Origin: Eukaryota sp. GEM-RC1
Taxonomy: Eukaryota
DNA: 64,000 nucleotides
Direction of reading: 5' to 3'
Assembly (NCBI GenBank): GCA_040285855.1
Contig: JAUFOQ010000017.1
Coordinates: 1,674,001 to 1,738,000 of the forward strand
The notes below the pieces were generated by a model. The model searched no databases, was not told the origin of the DNA, and was given only the letters and a program-made list of their open reading frames with translations. The position numbers and the translations under genes are program-made. Position 1 is the stretch's first letter. The number at the start of each line of letters is the position of its first letter. Positions 1 to 12,321 of this stretch are shown here, piece by piece.

Positions 1-17
1 TTAATGTCAAGAACATG

Positions 18-1690
18 TTTATTCGGCACCTAATAAGGTAACCTTCCTACAAACTATGAAATTGTAAAAACAAACAAAAAATACTAAGATTAAATCCAAA
101 CGACTTCATCACCACCCGGTAAAAGATTGCGTTTATCAACATTAACCTTCACACCAAACTTGTACAATTTCTCAATTAATCTAGAGAAATAGAAAGGTAT
201 ATTCCGATATATGGAAAACACTATACAGTTTTTCCATTCAGCCATTCTAAACTTACGCTTCTTGTCTTTACACAATTCTTCGAAATCCTTGAAAAATTGA
301 TCACCAGCAGGACTAATAGATCCAAAAGAGAAACAGCAAAAGGTTGAAACACAAATTTGGAATATGAGTTTCTATTTAATTCTTCTACTTGAGAGTCATA
401 CTTGGAGTGTTTGAGCTTTTCAGCTGCTGTCAATGGATTAAAAGAAGAATCGAATATCCTACTAACACAAGATTTGTTACATACATCTACTGTAGTAAAA
501 TCCATTAATGATTGACTCGATTTAAGCCACGGAGTATGTAGATCCCCTCTATTTTGATCAGTAAATTCATTTTCTGAAAGGTGATTCAAAACTGGTTCAA
601 CTTTAGAGTGAAAACCATGTGCTTTAAACATAGAATAACAAGAATCACGTACACCATCATGAATTACTGCACGTAGATGAATAACATAACGACAATTAAT
701 TAAATGACGAAAAACACCATTAGCTCCACAAGAGCACGTTGAATAGTTTAATAAATTTGCAGGCCAAATAGCCAAACGAAGACGCATATTGATCATCCAA
801 GCTTCATCAGATAGATGTTTTCCATACACCTTTGGAATTTGAGAAATAAATCCAGAAGGTCCACTGTTACAAAGATCGATTAAAAAAGCAGCGAACTCGG
901 GACTATTAGTTTTAGCCAAGCTAATACGATTATTAAAGTCCAAGAGTTCAAACTCCTTGTCAATTTATTTTGCAGCTTACATACAGCAGACGGTAGAGAT
1001 GAAATATTTTTAAAGGAGTCTCCTTCAAATGAGCTGGGAACAAAGATTCCCACATTTCAGGAGACAAAGATGATACCAAATCTTTAGCAGAGTGAATCCA
1101 ACGGCAATTACTGGAATTCAACAGATTGATTCTATCCAAGGGAAACCGTTTCAAAAATTCAAACATAAAATTCTTAACACCTCCTAAAAGAGCAGATTTT
1201 CTAATGATTTTTGCATGGGTGAAACCTACTCCTGCGAATTCAGAAGAATAAAAAGCATGAAATGGAATCTTAGACTCATCAATTTCAGCCAAGTTAGAGA
1301 GAAAATTTGTTCTTATAGAATTAAATTTCTTGGCAAATGTTTCAGTAAGGGAATAGTCTAATGAACGTAAAAAATGATTAATTTTTCCGGAAAAACAGAC
1401 CTGAAGCATAGCAAAGGAAACATGTTTGATCACATCTAAAGATAATATTTGATTTAGTTTTTCTTCAATTGTGGTTAATGAACTCTCCAATTCTAAATGA
1501 ATTTTCTCATAATTTCCCAAAAACGTGCCAAGGAAACGAAAACATTGAGTAGAATAATCGATGATAGGAATATTACAAAAACCAAGATTAGAAACATTCG
1601 AAGACTTGACAACAAGAAAACACTTAACAAAATTGATTGTTAAACCAATACTCAAAGAAAGTTCAATGAAACGTGAAAAACACTTTTTGA
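18..1690 (-). mobile_element. 5'-truncated non-LTR retrotransposon, RLE type (CRE/R2-like): RT C-terminal region, CCHC finger, restriction-like endonuclease
   Basis: ORFs 960..1655, 221..943 and 90..275 join across homopolymer frameshifts. Motifs CSCG-x7-HLINC, IHDGVRD, VEP, RGDL..MDFT, KHSKY, FQPFAVS. Short 3' UTR ends in AATAAA. Near-identical copy at 33249-34899. Confidence 0.8.
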
Positions 1691-1696
1691 GAACGT

Positions 1697-1826
1697 CTAA
1701 TGTAGATAAACGTAATCTTTTACCGGGTGGTGGTGAAGTCGTTTTGGTTTAATCATAGTATTATTTGTTTGTTTGTTGCAATTTCATAATTTTGTAGGAA
1801 GGTTACCTTATGGGGTGCCGAATAAA
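1697..1826 (+). mobile_element. Short 3'-end fragment of the same retrotransposon family, inverted relative to 18-1690
   Basis: Encodes NVDKRNLLPGG.EVV.. plus the 3' UTR ...ggaaggttacctta..ggtgccgaataaa, the reverse complement of ~18-145 with several mismatches. Confidence 0.8.
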
Positions 1827-2007
1827 GTTTTTCAACAGTGATAATAGTATCTAGAGGATTTCAAAATATCAGTAACATTTACAGTTAGTTAATTCGATCT
1901 TTATTTACAATAGTTATAGATCAAAATTCTGTATTGATTTCCAAACAGTTTGAATAGCATGAAAACCGCTGTATTAAACCAAAAATACATATTGATATGT
2001 TTCAACT

Positions 2008-2400
2008 TTACTCAATGTTTACATCTATCATTTCCCAATAAAAACTGACAGTTGATACATCCGCCACGGCTAGAGCACTTGTAGCTCCAATAGAGTTGTC
2101 CCAAAAGTCTACACTAGTAATCATATGATTAGCTTTCAGTGCCTCTGACAATGCTCTAGCACATTCAATTTCAATTCCGACTTCGCCTAGATAAACACTT
2201 GTAACTGTCTTATTGCCCTTCAACAATTCAAACAATGTCATAGAAACAGAGTGATCAATACACACGAAGTTGTTTAAGTAGTGGAAAGAAAATGGAAGCT
2301 TTGTTTAAAAACTCTATGTCATTGTCATTTTCTAAATCCAATTCCAATCCCGAAACATTTTAGTGTTGTCAACTATAAGGATGGATTCTGCCAAAGAAGA
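2008..2400 (-). pseudogene. Fragment of an RNI/NLRC3-like leucine-rich repeat gene
   Basis: LKGNKTVTSVYLGEVGIEIECARALSEALKANHMITSVDFWDNSIG is a typical 28-aa RNI-like LRR. Short and truncated. Confidence 0.6.
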
Positions 2401-3111
2401 AAGACAGGACGAAGTGACAAGTGACAGTTTGTAGCACTGTAGTATATTGAGTTAGATGTTGGAACAATAGGTTACTTAAAGTTTCAATTTTGTATGAAGA
2501 CGTACATGTACATGTATTTGAGTTGTATACTGGACAAATTGTATCATGGTAGCTCAAGAGTAGATATAGAATATTTAGTATCTTCTAAGAACTAGTAGTT
2601 GGTTTTTCGTTAATATATAGCATAAAACAGTTTCTAATAAGTGTTCAATCATTTTTCTGGGTATTCAAGTATACGGCTGCGGTATTCGGCATCTTGGTGT
2701 TTTAATAGGTATGAGATAATCTTTTTAGGGATATATGTATCCACAACTATGATTTTAAGTAACTTGAAGTTCAAACTGCCTTAAAACCAATCAAATCTTA
2801 TAGTAACGGATGAATGACGATTAATGAATAGCTTATTTGATTCCACTAGACACGAGATCCAGTATGATATGGCAAGTTCAGAATTATGGAGTCGCTTCGT
2901 TAACGCGTCACTTATATAAATGTAACTTAATGACAGGAAATTCAGACTGAAAGTACTGTTGAAAATGAACAGTATCATTTCAACTGTGAATATCAACAAA
3001 CAGACAATGTGACTTATGAAACAATGTCATCATCTCCTGTTTTGAAAGAATGATCGTGATATTACTTCAAAACAAATCAGAATAGACTTAACTATTGGAA
3101 TTTAGTCAATA

Positions 3112-4516
3112 CAATCAGGTTCCTATAATTTCAACCCCCATAATTTCAAGAATCCTCTAATTTCAAGATCCCAAAATGTTACACCCTTTCGATACCTCTA
3201 ACATCAACTTTTCTCTAATATAACTGCTATCAGCTTCTAGAACTACTTAAGTGCATCTTCTTGAACGTCGATATGAGTCTGCATGGAATTTCCTGTTTTC
3301 GAGCCTTTAGTGTTCTGATACCTATCTAAGTACATTCTAGCTATGCTGATGATTGGTAGAGTCAGTTTGATTTTACTTTGTGTGTCATAAATCGTGTTTT
3401 CGCGTTTGCCTGCGTTCCAACTGGTGGTTTTCTTCCACTCACTTACATTCCAAAATACTTAACTATGAAACTCCAACGTCTTCTTCGTTGTTGCGGTTGT
3501 ACTGTTGGTTACTCATTTCCGCAAATCTGGCGAAACGTGGTCTGAAACATGCAAAACTCAGCTTTTACACATTACGTTGATGAAGTCCACGGAAAGGGAC
3601 ATCATTGACACCCTTACGGACGACAAGATCAACGAGAAATCAACACTGATCGAATCAGTGCCATTCATGTGAAGGACTAAGCAATACAATGAAGAATTGG
3701 TGTTTTATTAGGTTATACAGAGACTACAGAGCGTATCATGAGTGAAAGTAGCTGAGAAGATAGAGAGATCCTATAAATCCAAGGTTCCTGTAATTTCAAG
3801 GTCCGGATAGGGTTGAAATCATACCTGGAAAATACACTTTTCTGTATTTTCTGTATTTTTGTATTACGTGTATTTGTTTATTTGTATTTTTTATTTTTCA
3901 GTATTAAAATACTGTATTTTTTAGGAATACATTTTTGAACTTACTTACCTGTAAAAGTACCTATTTTGGATGTACATGTAGTTCTTTTATCTCCAATTTT
4001 TCTTCATGTGATTTAAAGAAATAACCAAAAACATGATATCAATCAAGATACCAGACAAAATAGTGGTAGCAGTTTATCAGCAACCAAAACAGAAGACAGA
4101 TGAACAAACTTCATTAGTCTACTGGATTCGGTTGTGGAATAATTGGAGGAAGTAGTGCTCCTTGATTGTTTTTCTAAAAAGCAGGACACAAAATACTTGC
4201 CAAAACCTGACCACAAGAAAACAAAAGCACAATTGAGTCTGACTAGGAGTGAGAGACAACTGACCAATCTCTATTTACTGAAGGAATTGTGGTTTACTTA
4301 AGTATTAATAGAAACGAATCTAAATACATGCACATGTAGGCGATCATTTAGCATTATTGTTATCTATGTACACTACTAAAAATACAGATAATACAACATC
4401 CTTGAATTTGTATTTTTGTATTTTTAATCTGTATCTGTATTTTTGTATTTTTGTATTTGTATTTTGTTCAACCCTTGTATTTTCCAGGTATGGTTGAAAT
4501 TATAGGAACCTGATTG
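3112..4516. mobile_element. Tc1/mariner-like MITE, TA target duplication
   Basis: TIR caatcaggttcctataatttcaacc at 3112-3136 and its reverse complement at 4492-4516. Flanked by TA (3110-11, 4517-18). Removing it restores the PIF1-tail relic. Confidence 0.85.
3820..4492. mobile_element. hAT-like MITE nested in the right TIR of the 3112-4516 element
   Basis: 17-bp TIR catacctggaaaataca. 8-bp TSD gttgaaat at 3812-3819 and 4493-4500. TGTATT-rich subterminal repeats. Confidence 0.85.
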
Positions 4517-4859
4517 TAGTTGATAGTGTATTAGATTATATTCAGTCTGATACTTCATCGCGTATGAAAGTGAAAACAATCAGAAACTGTCTTATTACTG
4601 ATGTGATCACTACCGATAATGTTGATGAACGTTATTGTATTGAAGTGCTTGTGGAATTGTTTCATACATTGAAAGCGTATTTGAACAATGATGAGAAAAC
4701 TGGTATATGCATTCTATTTGAATTATATTTAATTTTGAAAAATATCAGAAAGTATTGTCAATTTTGGTAGTTTCATTTTGTATTAAAAATGTAGTTTTAC
4801 ACATCATATTCATTATTATACTCAACGTGATATGAAGCTGTTAATTTAGAGGAATAAGA

Positions 4860-5500
4860 AAGATAATATCTACATGATATTGCCTAAGCCTTTGTAAGAT
4901 CAATTATATTGTATGTCTAAATCTTATGGAATAGTTTCCTTTTTAGAACCAATTTTGGCTGGTTTGATTGATGATACAGTTGTTGACAAATCGTTTGGAA
5001 ATAGCCGTGGTGATGTCAATTTCCTGGTCTCGATGGTTCTTTCATTATTGCTGATGTTATGTCTATCGACGTTTGTATTGGTTCCAACAAGAAACTTGCT
5101 AAATCTAATGCTAAAACCCTCTGTTGATTGGTGAAAAATTTACAAACGAAAATTATTGTGCTAAATTGAAATTATTGAATTCGGCCTCGCACTCGAATTA
5201 CTTGTTGTACCCTTTTGTATTTTAACTGTACGGTTCTTTAGGTGAATCTGCAACATTATCACATGAAATCATTGTGAAGATTGTAAAAGAAAAAACATCT
5301 AAGACTTTTGATCCTATATTTTGGAAAAGTCGAATTGTGTTTGCTATCTTTAAAGGTATGGTGACTTCTGTGTCTAGCGCTTTATTATCTCTTGGCAGAA
5401 AGTATGAGGATAAGGTAGGTGAGAATTTACAGTTAGGCAATCTGGACTTTGAGAATATTGATTATTAGATGTATGTACACTGTAGTGTTGTTGTCAATAA
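4860..5500 (+). mobile_element. Degenerate 3' fragment of an RLE non-LTR retrotransposon (second subfamily)
   Basis: SYGIVSFLEPIL...RGDV and FDPIFWKSRIVFAIFKG parallel the RLE C-terminus of 18-1690. Ends in AATAAA near 5500. Confidence 0.65.
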
Positions 5501-5866
5501 AGATATATTGGTAAAAACAAAGTAAGTAGAGTAAGGAACATCGTAAGTCTAAATTTTCATCTATCAGTAATTCTCCGTCGATGACTACAGGCGTGCACAA
5601 TTGCAAATTTAAAAGTTTCGTGTTGTACCAAACTGTTGTGAGGAGAACTGATTTTGAAATTAAACCGGAGAACACACATAGTTTTTTTCCAGAAATCAGA
5701 AGATACAAATTCATAAAGAATGCAATGCAATCCCAATCAATTGGTTTTATACTTCTGTTAATTACATGAACTTTGAGGTAATGTTTACCAATTGAAGGTT
5801 TGTCAGTTGCTAAATGGTAACTTCTACTAGTAGTAAAAGTAACTGTAATTCATTTCGCAATGAACC

Positions 5867-8185
5867 ATGATAGTCACCAATAATATACTGGCTTCTGATA
5901 AGACTTCAACACCTCTTCTTTCTTATAGTTACACCAAAAGACCTCTGTTAGTTGCTGTTGATGACACCACAACAATACTATTTACCTCTAGTGGATCCTA
6001 CCTTCTACAGAAGCTTTCCCCTCCCAAACCTATCAACATCCATGGATCTATCTCCACTTCCTCTATTCACTCAGTTCTATTCATTTCTTCCAAGTTCTTC
6101 CCTCGGGTTTTGGTCTTTGTGATAGAAGATTCCTCTACTGCTGTGTTCAAGGTTGTTGCTCTTGAACTGGACGTTACATCTCTTTCGCTCTCCACACTTC
6201 TTTTTGATTCTTGTTCTATACCGTTTTGTCCTCAATTGTTTACTTCCAGATCATCTTTATTCATTTACTGGCGGCCAATGTTGTTCGAAATTGATGTAAA
6301 TTCCTTTGAACTTGTCGACTCACAGTCTATTGATCTAGGCACTAGCCTCAAACAAATACAGTTTTCAACAGATTCTATATATTTGACGAATTATCGAAAA
6401 GTTTGGAAACTTTCAAAAGAACAACAACATTTGAACAACAATGGTTTGGCAATTACAAAGATCTGTTTTCCTTATTTTAATTTTTCAGATTTTGATGTTC
6501 TAATTTTAAATTTTGATCAGAAATTTGTCGAGTTTTCTGCCCAACCAATCACTTTACCCAATCAAACCTTGATCTCTTCTATTTCTGATAGACCTATTGT
6601 TATTAGTGACAGTCAATTATTTTTGATTGATCAAGTTCTGAGTTATTATTCATCTATTTCTGTATTTATCGAGGGTCACGTCTGTCTAGGTCAAAATGTT
6701 GTAAAATTATTTAAATTTGATGAAGGAATATTACTATGTTTCCAAAAAACTTATTATTTTATACCAGTTCACTTGTAGTGTCAAGGAAATTCTCCTCGAT
6801 TTTGACCTGATTGAATGTATTCGAGATCCTCACTCCAACACGTGTTTTCTTGTTGATTCTTGTGGAAAATTACGCTCCTTGGATATCACAACTCTTCAAT
6901 TTTCGATTATTCAATGTTCTTTAGATTTTTCAATGAGTTCACTTGTTGGAGTCATTGATGATGTGATAGTTTTCAATAATAACAATCAAATTGATTTCTT
7001 TTCAATCAAGTCAGCACTTTTGATTGCTTCTGAAGATATTATTTGTAATTCTGCGTGCTGTGTATCGAATTTTTTAATTATTTCGAAAAACTCAATCATC
7101 AACGTGTATTCAATCAAATTGAGCTCAAATTCTCTTTCTCTTGATTTATTCTTCCAACTGCCAGTTATCAGTGTCATTAAGGTTTTTCCCGGTATTAATA
7201 ATTCATTTTTATTTGAAACTAGCTTAGGGAATTTGTTTGTAGGTAAAATTCTTGACGACAGTGTCTGTATTGAAGCTACGGTAAATCCTCCAATTCAATC
7301 AGAATTGATTGGTCTTGATTGTTCACATAATGAGCTCTATCTATTTCAGTTTTATTCCCAAACGTTATTTATGATTACTTTTGATCTCAATATCATTTCA
7401 AACCGCCCAACGTTTCTTTCCATCATTGATACTGATTTTGAACCAAAGTTTGATTGTCAATCAACGATCTCTACTCTGAGTTTGATTGATTCTACTGATG
7501 ACGTTGACAGTCTTCTTACACTCAAGACTTTTACTTTCCATAATTCTATTCGAGACGTTAATTCTATCAAGTATCAGATTCCAACAAACTTTTGTCTTTT
7601 TGATTTTAGTCTGGGTACTTATAATCTAGAACAGTTTACTTTCTTTGTTGGGGTTGCTCAAACAACAAATGAGGCTGTTTTACTGGGATTTAAGAGTGAC
7701 TGTCATGCAATCAGAACTGATTATCATCACGTGTTGATCCCAATTATTGGATTTTTGAGCGTTTCTGGTGCAATGATTGGTGTAATCGGTCATAATGATA
7801 ACTCTCATCAGCTTGCTCTTTTTCAATCTCAATCAAAAATGATTCTATATCTCTTCTGAGTAGTAATATGATTGATCTTGGTTCTCAACTGGATGGTGTT
7901 GTTGGTTTTAAAATTTTGAACTTTGAATCTGTTGTGTATACTATCTGTGGTTTGGACAATTCTTTGTTAATTCACAAATTTTCAAATTTCTGTAATTTTT
8001 CTAATTCTTTCCAATCTGTACAGTCTGTTACAATTCCTTTAGATAGTTTCATTTCTCAAGTATATTGTTCTTCTGGTTCAAGTAGTATTCAAATTGTAGT
8101 ACATTTTAAAGATCAAATTCCATCAGTTTTGATTGAGATGTCTTCAGATCTTTCTTTTCCAAAAATCCTTGTTCAGAGTGTGTAA
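5867..8185 (+). CDS. Hypothetical ~770-aa beta-strand-rich (possibly beta-propeller) protein, reconstructed
   Basis: Three ORFs (5867..6778, 6717..7859, 7868..8185) read through if frameshifts are allowed at A-runs near 6745 and 7838. No recognisable catalytic motif. Confidence 0.55.
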
Positions 8186-8487
8186 TTGAGTTTGAATTTA
8201 AATAATTTGGAATTAGGTATTATGACACTTCCATTGAAGTCTCTTGAATTATTATAATAATATTTTATTGGGGGAACCATCTTATTTGGAAAGCTGAATA
8301 ATTATTATTAAAGCTAACTGCTTTGTCAAAAGATCCGCTTGGAATCTACGTACTGTACAATGTATATATGATGTACTTAAAAAATGATTGTCATTGAAGT
8401 ACTTTTAATACTTGAATATATATTTTAATTTTGCAGTTTTAACCTACAACTACTAGTAGACTAAACAGGTGCATTACTGGACCACTA

Positions 8488-9103
8488 TGATCGAGGTCCT
8501 AATACAAGCATAGTAGAGGGTATGCTTGTATTGTTTCACAAAATAAACTCACAGATTTCTTTTAATAAATACTGATTTCTATATATAAAACCGCAGAGAT
8601 TCATATTGGAATTATTCATAGATTTCATTTACTAGTTACAAAAGCCCTTAGCCATTATAATTTGTAAAAAGACTAGAACAAATGATGGACAAGTCTGTAA
8701 CGTAAGAACAACTATACATCTAGGAAACAATGATACAATGAAGTTTCTCAATTTTTACGGCAATTAAATTTGTTCTATAGACACTAGCTTTAGGGAAGCG
8801 ATTTGATAGTTTACGAGATTAACGAAAACCTTGTTTGACCAAGAAACTGTAGACGTGTCACATTTTGATGTTTATTTTGGTTCGATTGATCTATCTGTCT
8901 GTCAGGATTGATCAGTATATTTTAAAGATAACTGATTGACGTTATTAAGTATCCATTTCAATGTTAGTGATCTTGTCATGATTAATATTTGATTATACAA
9001 AAGGCAGACTTAAAGGACCCTAATACAAGCAAGGTGCCAATACAAGCATAGTAAAGGACATGGTTGTATAGCATTTAAGGTTGCTTGAATTGGGACCTCG
9101 ACG
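8488..9103. mobile_element. Degenerate MITE
   Basis: Imperfect inverted ends tcgaggtcctaatacaagca and tgcttgaattgggacctcga. Internal repeats of aatacaagca. TSD unclear. Confidence 0.45.
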
Positions 9104-9278
9104 ATATTTACAGACTAAATTGCACCAATTTTTATAATATTCATATTTGTAAGTTTTTGGAAGAACCTTGATTGTATCATGCCAACCATTACTTGCACGT
9201 ATTTGGTACACTATTACACCATTGGCGTGATAAATGGAATGGTGAGTTTCCAGTTTTCGATTCTCAGACCAAACTTCT

Positions 9279-10538
9279 ATGGAAACGACCATTCCAATAT
9301 CATTAAATGGGTCTCCGAATCCAATGATAGTAGTTCCCAATAGCCTTGATGAACCTCTTCTATCTACCAAACTACTACTATCAGTAAACAGAACTTACTG
9401 GGAGTTCTTCTTCATCACTCTAGCTTGCTTCTCTTGCTATGCTTCTATGTTCTTCTTCCAAAGATATGTCAGTGATAAAGCTGGCTTTGACCACGGGAAT
9501 GTCCTGCTGGGTGTAGCTATCTCTTTACTTGCTTTTGGCAACCTCATCTTTCGACTTGCTCACAACATTCTCTTTGCCTTCCTCTCCCCCAGACATCGTT
9601 TGGTGCTAGCCATGACAATCATGCTAATAGTTGAAGCTACTCTGTTCTCTTTGTTTAAGTTTGCTGACAAGATTGCCATCTGGCAAGTTGGGCTTTGTTA
9701 TGGTCTTGCTGGTATGGGAATAGGAACTTTTGAAAGTAATATCATGAACGTTGCTACTGCCTATGGTAAAAAAGCTAAAATGTACGGTCTCTATGGAATT
9801 CCCTTCGGTATAGCTAGCGTGACTGTCCTCTCAAGACCAATCATGAACTTTTTTGATTGGAGTCAACCTACATATATTTACTTTGCAGTGGGAACTCTAC
9901 AGATATTGTGCATCCTACTTCTACTTACTAGAGTTGACGTGAAGGTGCTAGCTAGACAGGGAACTTCCGCTAGTGATTTTATGATGTATCTTTCTGAGTG
10001 GAGGAGGTGGTTTTTTAAAATTCTGCCTTATGCGCTCACCATGGGGGTCAATATGTTTGCTGTTTCTAGTTTCTCGCCAGGGATTGAGCTCTACGTTTTC
10101 ACTGATGACGTGATTGTCGTTGATTTGATATTATTTAAATTTTCTCTTGCAAATCACTATTTCTTTAGCTTATTTTCGCTACTGTTTTGCATTGGAGATT
10201 TCTCTTCAAGAATTGTTTTTGACAGAATCCGTCTTAAGAAACCTTATCCATTTCTATTATTCACGGTCTCGGGGGTCTTTCTAGGCTTACTAAAAGTACC
10301 AGTGTTAGCTCTTTGTTGTGGTTTCCTTGTCTCTTTTGGAAATGGGGGTATTTACACTACTAGTTCTAGAACAATTGATCAAACTGTAGATTCTAGGTAT
10401 AACGGTATTGCTTATTCGTTTTGGTTGTTCATTTCCGATTCTTTCTCTGTATTGGCTTACGTAACAACTCAGTATATCAGGGACATACTAGTACCACCAA
10501 CTGGTGGAGATGTTGGTTTTATTTATAGTTTTTATTGA
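9279..10538 (+). CDS. Multi-pass membrane protein, MFS-like (CLN3/battenin-like transporter)
   Basis: Intact 419-aa ORF with about 11 hydrophobic segments and motifs LAGMGIGTFESN and FGNGGIY. Confidence 0.7.
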   Translation: METTIPISLNGSPNPMIVVPNSLDEPLLSTKLLLSVNRTYWEFFFITLACFSCYASMFFFQRYVSDKAGFDHGNVLLGVAISLLAFGNLIFRLAHNILFAFLSPRHRLVLAMTIMLIVEATLFSLFKFADKIAIWQVGLCYGLAGMGIGTFESNIMNVATAYGKKAKMYGLYGIPFGIASVTVLSRPIMNFFDWSQPTYIYFAVGTLQILCILLLLTRVDVKVLARQGTSASDFMMYLSEWRRWFFKILPYALTMGVNMFAVSSFSPGIELYVFTDDVIVVDLILFKFSLANHYFFSLFSLLFCIGDFSSRIVFDRIRLKKPYPFLLFTVSGVFLGLLKVPVLALCCGFLVSFGNGGIYTTSSRTIDQTVDSRYNGIAYSFWLFISDSFSVLAYVTTQYIRDILVPPTGGDVGFIYSFY

Positions 10539-10850
10539 TAGGTTGTTGTTGTTGTTTTTCTGTGTGTTTATTAGTTTATTGTTCACTTTTTTGTATTAAA
10601 TTCAGTTTTCCAAATTTTATCTCATGATTTTTTGAGCTTTGTTTCGACTTTTTCATTTGGAGAAAGAGTTAGTACTTTTCCCCAAAAGATGACGTGGTCA
10701 TTCTGGATGATGTGATGTTTTTGAAGTTCTAGACACAGAAAATGCTTGATCAATAGCACAACAGTTCGTATACAACTTGATTTGACATAGATCCATTTTG
10801 CCAAATTAACAACAGAATCTCTTATAATGAGACTTGTACTGAACATTGAA

Positions 10851-11511
10851 CAGGGCTCCTCACAAATAAATATAAATTCTATTTATTTCTATTTATTTCT
10901 ATTTCTATTTATTTTTGATCCTTTGGCGATCATGCAAATAAAACAAAATAAAACAAAATATAAATAAATATAAATATAAATAAAATGTCGGAACGAAAAC
11001 TTCATTGATGTACATAGTACACGAGTAAATTTAGTGCTCAAGGTTGTTGATTGACTTGAAACATGATGTGTGAAATATTCAAGCTCAGCCCAGAATCAAA
11101 GTCAAGTCATTTTTCCTCAAACTTTGACTTTTCAATGTCGAACGTAACCGAAGCAGACGAGCCTATATCTGTGCGCTAAGCCAATCCCACAACTATATCC
11201 AGACGTATGATTAGTGAACGATTCTAATGGTAGTCCACGATGCTGAACTTCGAACTAATGTCGAAGACCCACAGGTGGTGGCAACACAGTCAGAGTAATT
11301 TTACGAAGCAGAAAGTCAACTAACCGTTTTCGATAAGAAAGGGATGATCAAATGGATTGTGTAATCATCGATAGTGACTGAGACAAACTCTACTAATAAA
11401 ATATTTTGTTTTTATTTGGGTTTTATTTTGTTTTAATTATATTTATTTCACATTTATTTTTGGCACTTTTTGATGTTCAAATTATTTTAAATTATCTTAT
11501 GAGAGGGCCTG
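10851..11511. mobile_element. hAT-like MITE
   Basis: 8-bp TSD acattgaa at 10843-50 and 11512-19. Imperfect TIRs cagggctcctcacaa / caggccctctcataa. AT-rich subterminal repeats. Confidence 0.8.
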
Positions 11512-12321
11512 ACATTGAATGAAAATCACCGAAGAATCAGAGAAGCCATTTGTCTGATATTACCAAAAGTACAAACAGCAAATTCAACAAATGTAAATTT
11601 TGGATGAAGCTTAACAGCTTTTTAACGCTACTAACATGCAATTCTAACTGCATTACGTTAACATTTTAAATTGTTAGGTTTCGTCTGCATCTATTTGTTT
11701 AATACAATACTGAGCTTACCTACTGATCTTCCAACTTCATCTAAAGCAACTCTTTGAAAGTGATCAAAATCAATCGTTATGGTAGTTGGTTCTTCTTTAG
11801 CTTCTTTCCATGTGAGAAACGATATGAGCAGAGGTGATTTGATTGGTCCTTGGTTGTGCTCTCAAGAAATAATTATGGACTATACCACGGTTGATGGTTT
11901 GATCTTTGTAACTCAATTTATTAAATTTTAGAGGAAATTTGTTTAGCTCTTGAAACCACTGAAAGGAAAAAAATATATATATTTCCTCGATTTTTTTAAA
12001 TCTTCATATGAGATAGCACTGGAAATAGCTCTGAATCGGCAAGGGAAAATGAGAAAAGCAGTTAAGAGAAAATTACATGTACTTATATTATGTTTTATGA
12101 GTTAAGCCGACAGTGGTTTTATTAAGTCTAGTAATAGGCCAACTTGTTTAGCAGTGTGATTGATGTCTGTTGATCAAGAACAGACATTATCACGTTATCA
12201 CGCAGAATTCAAAACTATCTGTCAAATTAAATTAATAGTTTATAAATATGATACAAATACAGGAACAGAAAATTGGTCTAAACAATCCTCTTTTCAATTT
12301 TTTTTTAAAATTTCAAATTAT

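Larger units (their letters stand above)
2940..4790 (+). pseudogene. Degenerate copy of the C-terminal part of the PIF1-containing gene (61340-61765), split by nested MITEs
   Basis: 2947-3110 aligns by eye to ~61341-61500 (gaatatcaacaaac.gacaat.tgacttatgaaacaat). 4519-4790 (MKVKTIRNCLITDVI...ELYLILK) aligns to ~61501-61765. Confidence 0.8.
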
